This document shows positions 1 to 17,147 of a stretch of DNA of 64,000 nt, in pieces. Source of the DNA: Intoshia linei (Eukaryota > Animalia > Orthonectida); contig LWCA01000060.1 in the NCBI GenBank assembly GCA_001642005.1, positions 1 through 64,000 on the forward strand, read 5' to 3'. The first letter of the stretch is position 1, and each line of letters begins with the position of its first letter. Below the pieces are notes generated by a model. It was not told the DNA's origin, did not search any database, and saw nothing but the letters and a program-made list of their open reading frames with translations. A program made the position numbers and the translations under genes.

Positions 1-240
1 AGCTTATTACAAAAAACTTATTCTCAGCCATTGAATTGTCAAACCTCATTATCAAATATTGAAAGATCCTTTTCGATGTTGAAGAATCTTTTATACGATG
101 AAAGAAATTTTTTAAAAACGAATTTTTATAAATATATTCTATTTTACTATAATAAATAAATTTGTCATAAAAAGTCATATTTTTTTTATTAAAATGTCAT
201 AATTTTTTTGAATTTTTGGTCATAAATAAATTGCCCTAGT
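1..240 (+). mobile_element. 3' remnant of a hAT-like DNA transposon (transposase C-terminus plus right end)
   Basis: Plus frame at ~58-125 reads IERSFSMLKNLLYDERNFF, resembling the hAT C-terminal ERxFS motif; followed by repeated GTCATA subterminal motifs. Confidence 0.5.
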
Positions 241-532
241 AATTAATCAAAAATGACAATACAAAAAAAAATATTTAAATTAAATAAAAAATTTCGGAGA
301 CGCTTGCGATTTTAAAGATCCTATACAAAAATGTTCTACAAACATTAAAATATAACTTTAATGAAACATTATATGATATAATATATATTATATAGTCATA
401 TGGTCAGACTGTGAATATAGTCTCGAGTGTAAGGAAAACTAAAATTTCAAAAATTCTTATGTTTACCATTAAAAAAATAGTATCAAATGAGGAATAATAT
501 GAAATTATACATTTTATTATTTTATAATCATA

Positions 533-813
533 CTAGGTTGACTGTTATGTACTACATACAAACAGCACCTAGCTTTGCCGAGGGCACATTTTTATTCTAC
601 CAAAAAAATAATATTCACGTTGAAAATCTAACCTAAAAATCATATTATTCACTATTATGAATTCATTAAAAAAGTGGTTCCCAGACTTGTTTCAGGTGGA
701 ACCGTCATATCACATTATTTTTTACTTTAAAATAAATATTCCATTACAATTTTTTTTTAAACATTTGACACATACACAAACAAAAATTGCGTAACATATT
801 ATATAAGTAAGGA
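533..813 (-). mobile_element. Non-autonomous Helitron (short copy)
   Basis: On the minus strand it begins TCCTTACTTATATAAT and ends with a GC-rich motif (GTGCCCTCGGCAAAGCTAGGTGC) then ...GTCAACCTAG; sits between A and T; near-identical to 11908-12433. Confidence 0.7.
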
Positions 814-818
814 TAGTC

Positions 819-1015
819 CAGGGGTCAGCAACTTTTTGAATCTTGTGGACCACTTTTTTATACCAAAAAATTTTACCGGCCACGTTTTTAAAAATTTAAA
901 ATGTTGCATTTCAATTATAACTGCAGAGAAATGGTTCTAGTATATTAAAAAAATAAAATCCAGGGCGATCTGAAAATTCAGTATTAAAATGATTATAATT
1001 AGCGAATTATAGCAG
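819..1015. mobile_element. Truncated hAT-type MITE (same family as 6850-7187 and 54850-55124)
   Basis: Starts CAGGGGTCAGCAAC; internal sequence matches 54850-55030. Confidence 0.65.
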
Positions 1016-1403
1016 ACTAGTTTGATTTTCAAAAAAATGACAATTGAAGTTTTTGACCCGTAAAATATGAGTTTGGGCGGTGGAAATTTATCTTATATGT
1101 CCGGAAAAAAACTGTAATTGAAATGTGGAAATTATAAAATTCTAAGACTGGTTAGTTATTGAAATAAATGGTAACAAACACACCAATAAATATTGCGTAG
1201 CATATATATATATAATGGCTACCTGGTAAATATACGATATTTTGTTACAAATACTTTATTTTAGTAAATTACATACAAATTGTACTTTATTTTGGTAACA
1301 TGTACTTTATTATAAAAGTGAAAAATTTTTTAAATTTAAATTTAATCTCATAAAAAAATATTCTCTGGTGTGAACACCATATAATATTTCTAATTTTTTT
1401 GTA

Positions 1404-1855
1404 CAGTCTAAGTCCTATTTAACGGAATTATTTTAAAAATTAAAATTATTAAATATAGCTATGAAGGGACATATATTTCTTTATTGGAGATTGTGAATAC
1501 TAAATAAATACATGTGAATGTTTATAATGAATTTAAATATTATTATATTATAAGTGGGGTAGAGAAGCTATTTTTAGATTTTTTTAATATCGCTCAATAA
1601 AATAAAATTTATAAAATGTCAATTCTAGACTAGAATTTCTAGTTACTGAAATTTAAAAAATTGTTTACATTTAATATTTTTTATTTATAAATTTATCAGA
1701 TTTTTGAAATATTGGACTATTTTGGTTTGCTTTTTTTTATTTGAGATAATCTTATAAATAAATAAGAAGAAAACATATTTTGAGAGTAAAATTTTAGTTA
1801 ACGGAATTTTTGGTTTGTCAAAATTTTGAAATTCCGTTAAATAGGACTTAGACTG
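1404..1855. mobile_element. pogo/Tc1-type MITE
   Basis: Perfect 26-bp TIR CAGTCTAAGTCCTATTTAACGGAATT with TA on both flanks. Confidence 0.9.
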
Positions 1856-2174
1856 TAATATGGTTTGTAGGTATAATATGGTATATTAATACTTTAGTTT
1901 TAACTTGGGTCTGTAGTGGATAATATAATATTTCAAAAACTAGATTTTTAATTTTTATACTGACACTCCAAAATCATCAAACTTACAATTCAATTTTTTA
2001 TACTTGATATAATAAACCTCACCATAATTAACCAGCAAGGGTGTCGCGGATAAAAAAGAAAAAAGGATGCAACAAACAAGGTTTTTTTTGAATTTATACC
2101 GAACAAAGAAGTTAAAGAAATATTTAGTTTCTAATTTTTAAAATTATTTTTTCACTTTTATAATAAAGTACGTA

Positions 2175-4823
2175 CAAATTATTCTGGATATTTTGACAAA
2201 AATAGTTGCAAAAACTGTTCAAATAATCGCGAAATAACTATAACAAATATATAATTATTTGAATTTACAATTTTATTTTTTATATTTCCACAATTTAAAT
2301 CTTAATATATAACGTAAAAATAATCGAGTTTTTCGATATATAATATTTAAGCAAAATCCATACTTAGTAAATTTAAAAATAATAATGAATGATATCCACG
2401 AAAAACAGTATTAATAGCATACTTTAAAACTAAAATAACATAACTGAAATCAAAGAGATAAAATGTACACTGTACTACACAGATTAGATAAAAATATTTA
2501 TTTTTTACATAATTTATATCTAAAATTCACGAAGCAAGACTATGTCATTTAAATTACAATTATTTAATTCTGCATAAGTGATGCATTTAGATAAGTATTG
2601 AATAGCTTCATCAACTTTTATTTCTTTGACTGTATCATTCAAAAGTGATTCTTCTTCGTCACTTGTTTCGTTTTGATTAACCATTTTCACAATATCATTG
2701 TCTGTATATGATTCATATTGAACAAGGTCTACATACCTACANTAAAATAACATAACTGAAATCAAAGAGATAAAATGTACACTGTACTACACAAGTTAGA
2801 TAAAAATATTTATTTTTGCATAATTTATATATAAATTCACGAAGCATGACTATGTCATTTAAATTACAATCATTTAATTCTGCATAAGTGAGGCATTTAG
2901 ATAAGCATTGAATAGCTTCAACTTTTATTTCTTTGACCGTATCATTCAAAATTAATTCTTCGTCACTTGTTTCGTTTTGATTAATTATTTTCACAATATC
3001 ATTGTCTGTATATGATTCATATTGAACAAGGTCTACATACCTACATAATAATCATTAATTATATATAAGTGTTTCCTAAACTGCGGTCGTGACAAATAGG
3101 GTTATTAGGTCTTACTGTTTAAAAACCACTAATATATAATTCATCATACCTATTTTCGAATACAATGTTATTAATTTCGATTTCAAAATCTGGTAGTAAT
3201 TACCTAGGTCCCAAGATTTTAATATAGATNTGTTTCGTTTTGATTAATTATTTTCACAATATCATTGTCTGTATATGATTCATATTGAACAAGGTCTACA
3301 TACCTACATCATAATCATTAATTACATAATTTTGTGTATAATTATATATAAGTGTTTCCTAAACCGCGGTCGTGACAAATTTTTAATCAAATAGGGTTAT
3401 TAGGTCTTACTGTTTAAAAACCACTAATATATAATTCATCATACCTATTTTCGAATATAATGCCATCAATTTCGATTTCAAAATCTGGTAGTAATTCTCT
3501 AGGTCCCAATATTTTAATATAGATGATGGCTTAATGTCGTTCCATGTACTATTTATTGTAAATGTGGCTTCCTTGAGAGTAAATTTGGTATCGTCAGAAA
3601 TATATTTGTAAGTATTGTAATATAATTTGTTTGCATATTTGGATTTCAAGGAATATAGTATATGTTTATCCATGGGCTGTAGTACAGACGTTGTGTTTGG
3701 AGGTAAATACATAATTTTAATTAACCCGTCTTCAGTTTGTAATGCATCATAGAATTGTGTGACGGTGCATTGTCAACACTTAATAAATCAGTTGAAGTTA
3801 GATTAGATTCTTTCGAAAATGTGTTAACGGTCACCACAAAATCCTTAAAAAACCAATTTTTAAAAACATCAAGGGTCATTCATCTCTTAGTCGATGAATT
3901 ATATTTAACAGGTAAGTCTACGTTTTTTAAACAACGAGGTTTTTTTGACTTTCCTAATATTAGTAATTTCAATTCATGTGAACCATCACTGTTACTACAT
4001 GCCATCGCAGTCAATCGACTTTTGTCTGTTTTTGATCCTTTAACTTGCAATTCATTTGAATGTGATAACGTCGTCCGATTTAATTTTTTCCAAAAAATGT
4101 CGTTTCGTCAGCATTATATATTTGAGAATGGTTTAATTTCATTTCAGTCATAATATGATTTAAATTCTGTTTAAAGTTTTGTATTCCACTAACATCAGCC
4201 GATAATGACTCGCCGGCGCAATGCCTCAAAATTATACCATGTCTTTTTTTGAAGTTATAGTCATCCTATGCTAGCACTAAACGACTGTGCTGGATAAAAA
4301 ATATGAAAATATTTTGCCTTCTCAGTAATTATTAAATCATTAGTCGATAGAGATCGACATCTCCTCTTTATGAACCAATAGAATAAGGCTTCCTCCATCT
4401 TTGGAAAGCTACAGCTTATCAAGTTTTTACACGTTTTGGTTCGGCTATATAAGTATTTTAAGGAGTCATTCAATTTCATTCGATTTTTCTTAATATAATA
4501 TATTATTCCTCTTGATACACCATATTGCAGTGATATTTGAAATGGTTTCATTCCATTGTCGATTTGATTTAAGATTTCTATTTTTTGTGATACGTTTAAA
4601 TGCATGTTAAGATATTAGTTAATAAATTATTTAAATTTAAATATGGACGGAAATATAATTAACAATAATGATAACGATAACGCAATTTGCGCAAACAAAA
4701 AATAAAAACCATAACTTTACAGTACAAATTGAAAATTTTTCAAAAACTTAAAAAATGAAGTTCAGATTTTATCAAATAATCGCGAATAATTTGACATTTT
4801 GTCAAAATATTCAGAATAACCTG
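2175..4823 (-). mobile_element. Tigger/pogo transposon with disrupted transposase
   Basis: Imperfect TIRs CA(AA/GG)TTATTCTG(G/A)ATATTTTGACAAAA with TA TSD; ORF 4261-4605 is a CENP-B-type HTH; 3407-3712 has the DDE_1 motif LPPNTTSVLQPMD; acidic C-terminus at 2520-2994; stops and frameshifts present. Confidence 0.88.
2426..3420. repeat. Tandem near-duplications of the Tigger 3' region, containing Ns
   Basis: ~315-bp unit repeated (about 2426-2740 and 2741-3045) plus partial repeats to ~3420; N at 2742 and 3230 at the junctions. Confidence 0.8.
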
Positions 4824-5423
4824 TATTACTAAAATAAAGTATATACTACCAAAATAAAGTATGAACTACTAAAATAAAGTATTTGCTACCAAAATAACGT
4901 AAATTAACTTTTAACTCTATATATAATAAATATATATACATTAAAGTGATCACTGTTGCATATTTTTTTAAATGATCAAAAAGTATATTTCACTATCAGG
5001 GTTAGTGGTGATGGTCATCACTTTCCTAAAAAAATTATTCAAATTGGTTGAGTTTGGACCCGGCCACTCGACATCGAAATTTTTCCCTAAAAAGTTTAAA
5101 TTAAACTTTATTTTCATAGTAAAATGGTATAAAAATCCCGGCACAATGACTAGATTTAGCTTTTGTAAAATTTTATATAAAAAAATAATCATATTGTCTA
5201 AGGATTAATTAACAATTACGAAAAGAAAATGTGATAAACACCGAAACGTTTATATTAACATTTACATGTTAATTGAATTTTTTAATCATCGGCGATGTTA
5301 CTCATCACACAGTTGTAATTCCATTTAATTTATAAATCAACATTAATTAAAATAAAACTACATGTATTTGTTATGATAACAAAAATATAGTTTTGTTTTT
5401 ATCATTATAAAATATTGTAATAT

Positions 5424-8400
5424 ATGAAAAGTAATTTTATCTACGCCCATTTTCGTCGACCCTATGAAAATGAACCCATTTTGTCATACCTTAAAACAAT
5501 AGACATGTCTTCCTGTACGCGTGATGAACGAGTATATTTTTATTATATAATTGTAGGTTTATTTTATTTGCAAAAAAATAATCAGTTTTATTTAAACCAC
5601 TTTAATTTTTGCGATCTGTTACATTTTTTACAACACCTCATCAAATTATAAAAAAATCTGAGAAACTTAAAATTATTAAATTATTTTTTATTGTGTGAAA
5701 ATGTTGAGTATTTTGCCCCTTTATTGTAAAAACTTGTGTAGCCCAAGTTATGTGTAATTCTTTTTTCACAGTATACAATGAACATTAAAAACCTGCTATT
5801 AACAGGTGATTATTTGTCTTTTTTAAATAATATTAATTGGATTTTGTTTGTTTAGCAAATATTATAGTTTCTAAATTGTTAAAACCACAAAAAGTACCGT
5901 TTGAATTTTTGTTTGAATGCATTTTAAAAATTTCAAATGCAGTATTCTCTACTATTCTCCAATCTAATACATTAATATTTCCAAAATTTTTTTTTGAACA
6001 ATCGTCCTTTATTACATTATTAAAAAAATGAAAATAATCGGTCAATTTTTATCATGTATGATTTACAATAGTGTTTATCAATCAATACGCTTAAAAGCTC
6101 ATCCAAATCTAAATGAACTTAGGGAAAAATAATTCAAATTATTCAGAAGGCCCCACCAAATCGTCAATAAGGCCTCTAACCTCCGTTTCCACGGTTTTGT
6201 ATATACATGGTTTCTCTTGTATGTTAAAATTATGTCAAATCCCAACATTAACGAATCATAGAGAATACTGCGTTTAAATATAATTAATCAAAAAAGGAAT
6301 TTTATATATGATTTTTTCATTTTAGGATAATGCCTACTTTGTTATGGCAGAAGCCGTGATTCAGTGTATAAATTATATTAAAAATAAACATCTAGTGGAC
6401 CAATTAAATTGCATTTGCTTTAATAATCCTTCAAGAAGCAATAGATTAAATTCTCCTGTCTCTCATGTACATAGTGCCAGTATCTCGACAAGTTCTATTG
6501 ATTATAAAATCGGTGGACTGACATTTACAGAAACATATCCTAAACCCAAAAATAAAGAATGTTTAAATGCTATTGATCTAGCTATAAATTACCTACAAAA
6601 TTATAATGATTTACCTTATGCTAATAAAATTGAATTCTATAGATTCGAAGAAAAAATTAATGTAATCATTTCATTCAAAACGAAATTCATTATCATAACT
6701 TATTAATTCATAAGTAATTAGTTTTTCTGGTCTGCCAAGTCAAGATCGATAATTATAATGTTTTGAAGAAATAAATCTATAAATAAACCCTTTACCATTA
6801 ATACATTACGTTAACTAATAAAATTATGAAATTTTTATACCATGTACGGCAGAGGTCGACAACCAGTGGACCGAGGGTCAAAAGTGGCCTACAGAATACT
6901 TTTGGTGGGGCTTTGAGTAAATATGTAAATTATTTATTTTTAAAATATTCAACTTTTAAACATCGTTTTAAACATTTTCTACTATAATTGGCTCATTATA
7001 ATCATTTTAATTCTGAATTTTCAGATCGCCTGGATATTATTTTGTTGAATATACTATAACCGTTTCTCTTTAGTTAAAATTGAAATGTATTATGTGTAAA
7101 TTTTCAAAAATACTGAAAAAATAAGGACCAGTAGAATTTTTTGATATAAAAAAGTGACCTATGAGATGCAAAAGGTTGCCAACCCTGATGTACGGTGACA
7201 TGACTCAACTATTTTTTATTGATTATCTTACAAGTATATAGTACTTACACTACATCAATATTTTCAAGAATTAATTAATAAATAAATTCGCTTTGTAAGT
7301 GAAATTTTTATTTTTTTACATGTTAGTTTGGATAAAAAAGTTTGTCCTAGTCCATAATATGGACTCCATATCCATTACCAATAAAAAATTTTAACAATAT
7401 CAATTGGAATAAAAGTTTAAATTTTATAGGCCACCAGTCCAATGATTATAAATAGCGACAATGAGTCATTAACACATTTTCGAGAGGTTTATTATAATTT
7501 GTATTTTGTCTACAAATTTTTAGCAAAAAACTCGAGGAAATTTGGAATGGGCACCTCAACGAGACCAGCTAATTTTTAGTGTCATGCATAAGAAAAAGTA
7601 TGTATATTGAGTATTATTAATCATTATAATATTATATTAACATGTAAAATGAAATAAAGTCTTAAAAATGTATAATTTACTTGGAATCAAGGTTAACTGA
7701 ATCATTCAACGTTTATTAAAAATATGTAATACAAATTAAACTAAACTAGATAATGTATAAATATTACCTGTATGTAATTGCGCTATTTTGTTATCATTAA
7801 AATGTTTATTAGTTACTTATTTATTTTGTCAAAAAATTTAGGTTCAGGCTCAACTTGAGCGCAATTATATAAAATGAATCAGACAATTATCATTGATAAC
7901 ACTTATCTAATTGTTTTTTCAATTCAATTTAAGATTGGTTATAATAACAAATATTATAAATGTGAGTTTAAAATTTAATTTTAGAGAATATTTAATGCAC
8001 GAACGGTGCCCAGAATGTGGAATTGTCATGAAATTAGGTATTTAATTAATATTTGTTGGTACTTTTATTATTAGCTTTATTGAAAAATTATCGGTATTGT
8101 AATTATTATGGAAAATTTTTTTGCAGAGCTTGCCATTTAAACGATACCAGAACTATTCCTGGATATATATTAGCAAAATGGGATTTTACCAAAAGGACAG
8201 TATCTCACTGCGCTCAAAGATATCTTGACCAAATATATGATGAACCGTTATTCTTGAGTGAAACATTAACGTCAAATAAGAAATTAAATTTGAATACTTT
8301 TCTTAAAGCAGATAATATCCGAAAATCTTTTGTTTTTACAGTTATGTACATTACTTCTTGCAAATCAGCTTCAAAGTAACTTATATACATTTAAATTTGA

Positions 8401-11400
8401 TTATGAAATTATTTGTACATATTAATTATAATTTTTAGATTAGTAGACCAATTATCATCCATCCCTTTTCATTGGTACAACAATTTGGATTATTCTATCC
8501 ATGATTTTATTATAGTATGTCTTTTACTTTATTTATATTGCAAGCGCAGGGCTTTTTTATCACACTTTTTTATTTTCATTTTATTTACATTTTTTTTTTT
8601 ATATTTTAAATTAAATTGTATATAATGACGAGTGTTCTCTAAAATTCACCAGTAGTTCGCCAATCCTTTACATCGCCGTAAATTTTTGGAGAAATTTATT
8701 TTATTATGGACATTATTACCAATGCATGATTACCAAATTATTTCTAATAAAAATGGTTAGTGTTATATATTTTCTTTAGATGTCGTTTTTTATGAGTGAC
8801 AAAATTGGCGAACTACAGAGAGGATATTGTATTTACAAAATAGTATTTTTTTTGTCTCGATGGAAAAAGTTTGGCGATTTTTGTATTGTAGATATCAGTA
8901 TTTTAATATTTTAGATATATACTGGTGAATTTGTAAAAACTATCAAAAAGCTGCTAAATGACTTTTTCAATCATATTCATTATTGCAATGTAAGTTTACA
9001 TATGAATATATAATAGTTTTATATGATAGATCAGCTATTCTTAACGGTGTCCATGTGGACCCCAAGGGGTCCACATCACTTTTTTGGGGGTCCATGAAAA
9101 TTATATACATTTATTACATATTATAGACATTGTCAGTAACATAAAGTCGTTTTTAAAACATAAAGGCTTAGAAATATATAATATAAAACGTGAAAATCAT
9201 GTAAAAGTAAATTCTTTGGTATTAAATTAAATTACTTACAAGTGTAAAAACTTATTGGGAAACCTCCATTGTTCTATTTTAGGAGCAGCGTTTTTATTTA
9301 ATTATTTTATTAAAATGTATGACCGAGCCAAGTTTCTAATCATAAAAAAAAGCTTTAAATTTCAAATTGAAAATGGGACAAAAAAATCAGTCAATATTCA
9401 TGATTCTATGAAACGTCAACCAAGGAATGTAAAATATTAATTCTTCACAGGGAAAATAGATAATATAGATATTTTATTGATCTGATAAAATATGTAGTAA
9501 ACAATTAATAATGTACTGTAAACAATACCTGAAAAACATTTTGGGAACATTGACGGGTTAAAGGTTAATATTAATAATTCATCAAGTTTATCACCTCGCA
9601 AAAATAGAGTACTCAATGTCTATTGACCATCATTCGTTTTACCCAAATGTAATGATTCATTAAAAATTTTCATTATTTTTAATTTTTTTGGGGTCCACAG
9701 CTAAAAAGAGTTGAGAATGCCTGTGATAGATCGATTACAAACGTGTATGAATGACTAATACTAATATAATAATTTTAATATTTATGAATCATAATGTACA
9801 AGTAAGCCATATCATCAAACCACACGGGGTTTACTGATTTCATTTACACAGGTCCGTGGAGAGCCAGATATAGGTCCCTATAAATTTTTTCGATAAAATA
9901 GTACCTCTATACCAAGGGTCTTCAACGGTGGGTGAATCGCCCCTTGGGCTATTTTTCTATTATATTACATATATAATCTAGTAAATACATAATCTAAAAT
10001 TTTTTTATCAATAACAAATAATCTCTAAACAGACTTTATAAATTATAAATTAGTCAAAATCTTATTATGAATTAATAAAATACAATTGTAATATACATTG
10101 TACAATAGTCACGTTATTAATTAATTGATATTTTATATTTATAAATTAAGAGTATATTTAAAATAAAATTTTTTATATTGGTAATTATATATAAATAGAG
10201 AACATCTATATTACTAGCTTGGCTGTTTTGTAATACGTACAAAGAACACGTAGCTCTGCTGAGGGCGGACTAATCTAATTCTATGAAAAAAATAAATTCA
10301 ATAATAAAATTCTTAATTAAAAATTCTACTCATTATTAACAATTATTTAAATAAGTCATTTATAAACTTGAATTTCATCTTACCTTATAATTTAAAATGA
10401 ATAATTCTAACTTCCTTTTATTTGGTTAGCATTTTTGAATAGAATTATAAAAACAAAAACAAACAATCCCAATTATTCAATTTATTAGAGATGATGAGTG
10501 TATATTATACACTGTATAATCTTAAAAATAAAGACAAAATAGTAAATCCTAAAAATTGTCAAAATAGCTTAAATTCGATAAAAAATAAAATTATAAATTA
10601 ACCTATATATTCATTATCTTTTTTCAATGAGTAAAAAATATTAATTTTGTATCAATAATTAACGGAAGCAGCAGTTTAAATACATATTTGGGATGAATTT
10701 TACCAACATTGCAAAGCATTGTAATAAATACAAAAATGATAATAAACAAAGTTGTACTTTTAGTTTCTGTAGTTTAAAATATATTTCGTTAAATTTTTTG
10801 AAAATAAGTATTTGAGAATGTAATCTTTTTTTTTTTTAATTGTCGGACGGTTAATTATTTCACATTTTTTGTTTTACATAATTTGTTAATAAAATATATG
10901 AATACTAAAGTGCTTTTTTAATCGTGAAGGCGTGACTTATTCAGATTGAAATTTTTTGTGTGTGTTAACAGGTTACAACTATAACACCTGTATTTTTTTT
11001 AAATTATAGGGCTGTTTTTATTTAGAAAAAAGGTAATTTGGGGTTTTGGCCCTGAAGATATACTTTTTTTAATTCTCCTTTAAAAAAGACTTTGATTTCA
11101 AATTTGAGATTGCGTAATTTTTCAATGAAACATTACAATTATAATTTGTAAATTTAATTGCAAATACAATTATTAAACATTTTTTAATTTAACTATAGGT
11201 TTGCATTATGAAAGGTTTCATATGTGAAATTTGCGAAAATCAAAAGGACATAATTTTTCCATTTCAGATAAGTTTGGTTTACACTTGTAAAGGTAGCTTT
11301 TTTAAATAATAAAAATTATTAATAGTCAATGAACAGGGCTAACACCAGCATTACCTGGTACCTGTAAAGTGAAGACGCGTTTTAGAAAGTATTATTGATA

Positions 11401-11889
11401 CTTTGCGGCGCGAGTAGAGTTGTCAAACCGGTTTTTCCGGTAAATGTTTTAATAAACAGAAAAATTAATTAATTCATATTTTAAAACTATTATAATTATC
11501 GGTTGCCCAATTTAGTAGGAATGCTTGTACTCTTTTGGAAAGTGACGGAGTAATGACTTACATGTTGAAAAAATTAATACTAGATTAAGTTCTTTCTCAA
11601 TAGGAAAGAGACTCAATCCTGAAATGATTATGCACTGGTTTTTTAATTAATCTTGAGAATTTTTTATTTTTATACGATGGGTTCACTATTCATTTGTCGA
11701 CTACTTACAACAGTTTTCATCTACATTTAATTAAAATTTTCGTTATTATGAGTGATTCCGATTTACATTTAATTTAAACGTGTTAATAATCTAATTTATA
11801 TACTTACCTATTTAGTTTGTCAATGCTGTTATCACAAAAAATGTTATAAGGGTGATTGTTTGAAATGTAACAGAAAAAAAGAACGGTAA
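5424..11889 (+). CDS. RUBCN: Rubicon/RUBCNL-like autophagy regulator (RH / zf-RING_9 domain), multi-exon
   Basis: Spliced motifs FRRPYENEPILSYLKTIDMSSCTRDER|DNAYFVMAEAVIQCI, RGNLEWAPQRDQLIF, YRYCNYYGKFFCRACH...WDF, KGFICEICENQKDIIFPF and CQCCYHKKC match the Rubicon middle and RH domains; stop at 11887-11889. Start codon uncertain. Confidence 0.88.
6850..7187. mobile_element. hAT-type MITE in Rubicon intron
   Basis: CAG...CTG ends (CAGAGGTCGACAACC / GGTTGCCAACCCTG) with perfect 8-bp TSD ATGTACGG. Confidence 0.9.
9032..9723. mobile_element. hAT-type MITE in Rubicon intron
   Basis: TIRs CAGCTATTCTTAAC / GTTGAGAATGCCTG with 8-bp TSD TGATAGAT; inverted partial copy at 19704-20210. Confidence 0.88.
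10840..11110. repeat. Dispersed repeat family with GGGTAAT...GGTTTT subunits
   Basis: Similar sequence recurs at ~20420-20700, 46950-47420, 50640-50910, 52370-52500 and 59050-59330 in both orientations. Confidence 0.7.
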
Positions 11890-11907
11890 TTACTGATTAT
11901 ACACAAA

Positions 11908-12433
11908 CTAGGTTGACTTTTATGTACTACTTACAAAAATCACCTAACTTTGCCGAGGGCACATTTTTATTTTACCAAAAAAATAAATTCATGTTGAAAA
12001 TCTAACTTAAAAATCATACTATTCACTATTATCAATCCTTTAAAGGAGTGGTTCCCAAACTTGTTTCAGGTGGAACCATATCACATTACTTTTTACTTTA
12101 AAGTGAATTATTCCATCTTAATTTTTTGTTTGTTAAGAATTGCGTAAAAAATTTTAAAAACAATTGTTATCCCATTATTTTAATTGATTTTAAAATCTGT
12201 ATCAGAGTATATATTTTATTTAATTCTCCAACTCGTTTGATTTTCAAAAAAAAGGACAATTGGGGTTTTTGACCCGTAGGATGTGAGTTTGAAATTTATT
12301 TTGCTAACATCCCCGGAAAAGACTGTAATTGAAATGTGGACTTTATAAAATTCTAAGACTGGTAGTTATTGAAATAAACGTGAACACACAGACGCACAAA
12401 CAAATATTGCGTAGCATATTATATAAGTAAAGA
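11908..12433 (-). mobile_element. Non-autonomous Helitron immediately 3' of the Rubicon stop
   Basis: Minus-strand 5' TC(TTTACTTATATAATATG), 3' CTAG, A/T flanks, GC-rich subterminal motif. Confidence 0.72.
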
Positions 12434-12675
12434 TTTTTTTGAAATCCCAAGACTGGCGACTTGTTGAGATATTACTGTAATAGTTTATATTATACTTTTG
12501 AAAATGACTGCGAAATCAGCGTGTTTTGATTTTAATTTGATTTAGACAAATTTCTAATGAAATAAAAGAAACACAAAAGAAAAAATAAAATACTGGTCTC
12601 AAAAATTTTAATTTTTGTATGTAAAATAAATTTTTTAATATAAACTGCTATTTATTTCCACTTAAATTTTAAAAA

Positions 12676-16658
<3,983 letters not shown>

Positions 16659-17147
16659 ATAAATCCACCTTATTTGTAATTTGTAATATAATAAATGTAA
16701 TACTTTATGCAACAGTTTTGGTATATGAATTTAAAATTATTATACAACTTAATTTGTTTGTTTGAAGTTAGATAAAACGAAAAATCAATAATATTGTTCA
16801 CAGTTGATTTATTTGCGATTAATAAACCTAAATATATATAAATTTTAACAGTTGTGTATAATACAAATTTAAATTTGAAACGATAACAATTACATTACGA
16901 TATGTTCGAAACCATACAGTACAAATTACCATGCATTGTGATGGTACAATTATAATGATAAGCAATTTTAGCTCAGTGATTGTGTCTCAAATTCAGAGAC
17001 GGAACAAATAAAAATGAATTAAAATCTACGTTGCCATAAATAATACTGTAGTTATAATAATCGTCATAGATATCACCACGGAACTATTTGTTTATCGATT
17101 ATTTCAAACTCTATTATCGTAATTTTAAATCAAATAAAATATTGGAA

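Larger units (their letters stand above)
1225..4905. mobile_element. Foldback-like element with internally repetitive inverted arms, host to nested insertions
   Basis: The left arm of TACTTTATTTT(A/G)GTA units (1235-1325) is the reverse complement of 2148-2172 plus 4824-4900; the right arm is split by the Tigger element. Outer ends approximate. Confidence 0.55.

Noticed and set aside
2426-3420. Tandem duplication as a real gene duplication
   Set aside because: Units abut N bases and differ like two haplotypes or repeat copies; probably an assembly artefact within a transposon.
3755-4153. 132-aa plus-strand ORF
   Set aside because: Antisense shadow of the Tigger DDE region.
5833-6045. 70-aa minus-strand ORF in Rubicon intron 1
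   Set aside because: No recognisable motif, non-ATG start, flanking frames broken; cannot support a call.
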